The translations under genes were made by a program, and so were the position numbers. Below are positions 62,051 through 64,000 of a DNA stretch of 64,000 nt, piece by piece. The notes below the pieces were generated by a model. That model saw nothing but the letters and a program-made list of their open reading frames with translations. It did no database searches and was not told the DNA's origin. The stretch comes from Gemmatimonadota bacterium. Lineage in GTDB: Bacteria; Gemmatimonadota; Gemmatimonadetes; Palauibacterales; KS3-K002. The stretch is from assembly GCA_039586795.1 (NCBI GenBank), contig JBDHJS010000007.1:40903-104902 (forward strand), in the 5' to 3' direction. Each line of letters begins with the position of its first letter. The stretch's first letter is position 1.

Positions 62051-64000
62051 ATGATCCTCGGACCGGGAAACATATGTTCCGCTATCGCTGATCGCTACGC
62101 CATCGCGCGAGAGTTGGGGCGTGGTGGCATGGCAACCGTGTACCTGGCGGACGATCTCAAGCATCACCGCAAGGTCGCCGTCAAAGTGCTCAAGCCCGAA
62201 CTTTCCGCGACGCTTGCGGCGGAGCGATTCCTGCGAGAGATAGAGATCGTCGCCGCACTGACCCACCCAAACATCCTCCCCTTGCACGACTCCGGAGAAG
62301 CCAGCGGCTTTCTGTATTTTGTGATGCCCTACGTTGAGGGCGAGTCACTACGCGATCGCTTGAACCGAGAGGGCCAGCTCGCCGTCGACGAAGCCGTCCA
62401 GATCACGCGGCAAGTGGCTGACGCTCTTGCTGCAGCCCATACCCAGGGTGTCGTACATCGCGACGTGAAACCAGCCAACATCTTGCTGGAGTCCGGCCAC
62501 GCCTTTGTGACGGATTTCGGTATCGCACGAGCTGTCTCGGCGGCGGGCGGCCAAGGCCTGACCGAAACGGGCCTGGCCGTCGGTACGCCAACCTATATGA
62601 GCCCAGAACAAGCCTACGGTGAGGAGGATGTGGACCACAGAAGCGATCTCTATTCCCTCGGTTGCGTACTCTATGAAATGCTGGTCGGGCAGCCGCCGTT
62701 CGTTGGCCCGAATCCGCGCGCCATCATCGCTCGCCATCTCGTAGACGCTGTTCCACCGATTCGCACCGTACGCCCCGACGTGCCCATGCCTGTGGCGCGA
62801 GCGGTACGCCAGGCTCTGGCAAAAGCAGCCGTAGACCGCCACTCAACACTCTCTGATTTCGCCGTGTCACTAACGGAGGAGCGATCGAAATCTGAGCCGG
62901 CAACGGAGCGATCGATCGCGGTTTTGCCATTCGCCAACATGAGCCCAACGGCGGAAGACGAGTACTTGAGCGATGGCATCACAGAGGAAATCATCAATGC
63001 ACTGACCAAAGTCGAGAACCTCCAGGTCGTCTCTCGCACCTCCGCTTTTGCGTTCAAAGGAAAGAACCAGGACGTTCGCGCCATAGGTGAGCAACTGAAC
63101 GTTGCATCCGTTTTGGAGGGCAGCGTTCAGCGCTCCGGCAATAGGCTGCGCATCACCGCCCAGCTCGTGAAAGCCAGCGACGGCTACCATCTCTGGTCAG
63201 AACGTTACGATCGCGACCTCGAGGATGTATTTGCGATTCAGGACGAGATCGCTGAAGCAATCACAGGCGAATTGCAGGTTATCCTCAGCGAAACGGAGAG
63301 AAAGGCACTTACGAGAGTGCCGACCGCGAATATCAACGCCTACGAATACTATCTGCGCGGCCGTCAGTACTTCCACCAGAGCCGCAAGAAAAGCCTGGAG
63401 TATGCGCGCCAGATGTTCGAGCGAGCCATCGAAGTCGACACCGGGTACGCGCTCGCCTACGCCGGGTTCGCCGACTGTTGCGCGCTGCTCCACATGTATT
63501 ACCCGACCGCGGGCGGGAACCTGGAGAAAGCTGATGTAGCGAGCGCGAAAGCACTGCAGTTGGACCCGGAATCGGCCGAGGCCCACGCGGCTCGAGGCTT
63601 CACGCTTTGGCAGATGGGGCGGAACGAAGATGCCGTCGAGCGCTTTGAGACCGCCATGCGCCTCGACCCAAAGCAGTTCGAGGCTCGGTACTTTTACGCC
63701 CGCGCCAGTTTCCAAAAAGGCGATCTGGAGAAGGCTGCTCTCTTGTTCGAGGAAGCGGCTGGCGTCCGCCAGGATTATCAAGCCTGTTTCTTCGCCGCCC
63801 AGTCGCACGCGGCGCTGAAGCACAAGGCGGAAAGCGAAGCAGCTTACCGTAGGGCTCTGCAGGTCGCGCAGGGCCACCTCGAACTCAATCCTGATGATCC
63901 GCGCGCCGCTACCATGTGCGCCGTGGCACTATGCAGACTGGGGGACAAGCAGGGTGGTATCGAGTGGGCGGAGCGGGCGCTGGCCATCGACCCCGAAGAT
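62051..64000 (+). CDS. Ser/Thr protein kinase with TolB-N-like and TPR domains, 3'-truncated by the window
   Basis: Absent from the ORF track because it has no stop. Manual translation gives LGRGGMATVY, VAVK, HRDVKPANILL, DFG, GTPTYMSPEQ and SIAVLPFANMS. Confidence 0.92.
   Translation, partial: MILGPGNICSAIADRYAIARELGRGGMATVYLADDLKHHRKVAVKVLKPELSATLAAERFLREIEIVAALTHPNILPLHDSGEASGFLYFVMPYVEGESLRDRLNREGQLAVDEAVQITRQVADALAAAHTQGVVHRDVKPANILLESGHAFVTDFGIARAVSAAGGQGLTETGLAVGTPTYMSPEQAYGEEDVDHRSDLYSLGCVLYEMLVGQPPFVGPNPRAIIARHLVDAVPPIRTVRPDVPMPVARAVRQALAKAAVDRHSTLSDFAVSLTEERSKSEPATERSIAVLPFANMSPTAEDEYLSDGITEEIINALTKVENLQVVSRTSAFAFKGKNQDVRAIGEQLNVASVLEGSVQRSGNRLRITAQLVKASDGYHLWSERYDRDLEDVFAIQDEIAEAITGELQVILSETERKALTRVPTANINAYEYYLRGRQYFHQSRKKSLEYARQMFERAIEVDTGYALAYAGFADCCALLHMYYPTAGGNLEKADVASAKALQLDPESAEAHAARGFTLWQMGRNEDAVERFETAMRLDPKQFEARYFYARASFQKGDLEKAALLFEEAAGVRQDYQACFFAAQSHAALKHKAESEAAYRRALQVAQGHLELNPDDPRAATMCAVALCRLGDKQGGIEWAERALAIDPED

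Overview
GC-rich bacterial chromosomal window with about 55 genes. The TolB-like/TPR proteins and Ser/Thr kinase suggest Gemmatimonadota (inference only). From left to right it holds: a cobalamin-riboswitch-led btuB/beta-propeller lipoprotein/btuFCD operon; a 7-gene minus-strand sugar-redox operon (TIM barrel, apbE, doxX, two Gfo/Idh/MocA, MFS, DUF1080); housekeeping and stress genes (nfuA, macro domain, bcp, two DUF72, tesA-ybbAP, lysA); a MarR/GbsR-type regulator facing a LolA-like/ABC/outer-membrane operon; DUF1800-DUF1501; an ECF sigma/anti-sigma/DUF4097 module; a glycan-catabolic cluster (BNR protein, NagB-PIG-L, GDPD, GH2, GH109, GHMP kinase); and a truncated kinase. I saw no rRNA, tRNA, CRISPR array or intact mobile element. 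The most notable observations are: (1) an ApbE-type flavinylation motif (DAVTSAT) inside the twin-arginine Gfo/Idh/MocA protein, two genes from apbE; (2) an identical ECF-type promoter core upstream of the sigma gene and of a DUF4097 gene 8 kb away; (3) three genes whose strong Shine-Dalgarno site points to a near-cognate start codon (CTG, CTG, ACG); (4) a symmetric bidirectional promoter; (5) an inverted-repeat-flanked four-helix-bundle remnant. All product calls come from motif recognition, not database searches.
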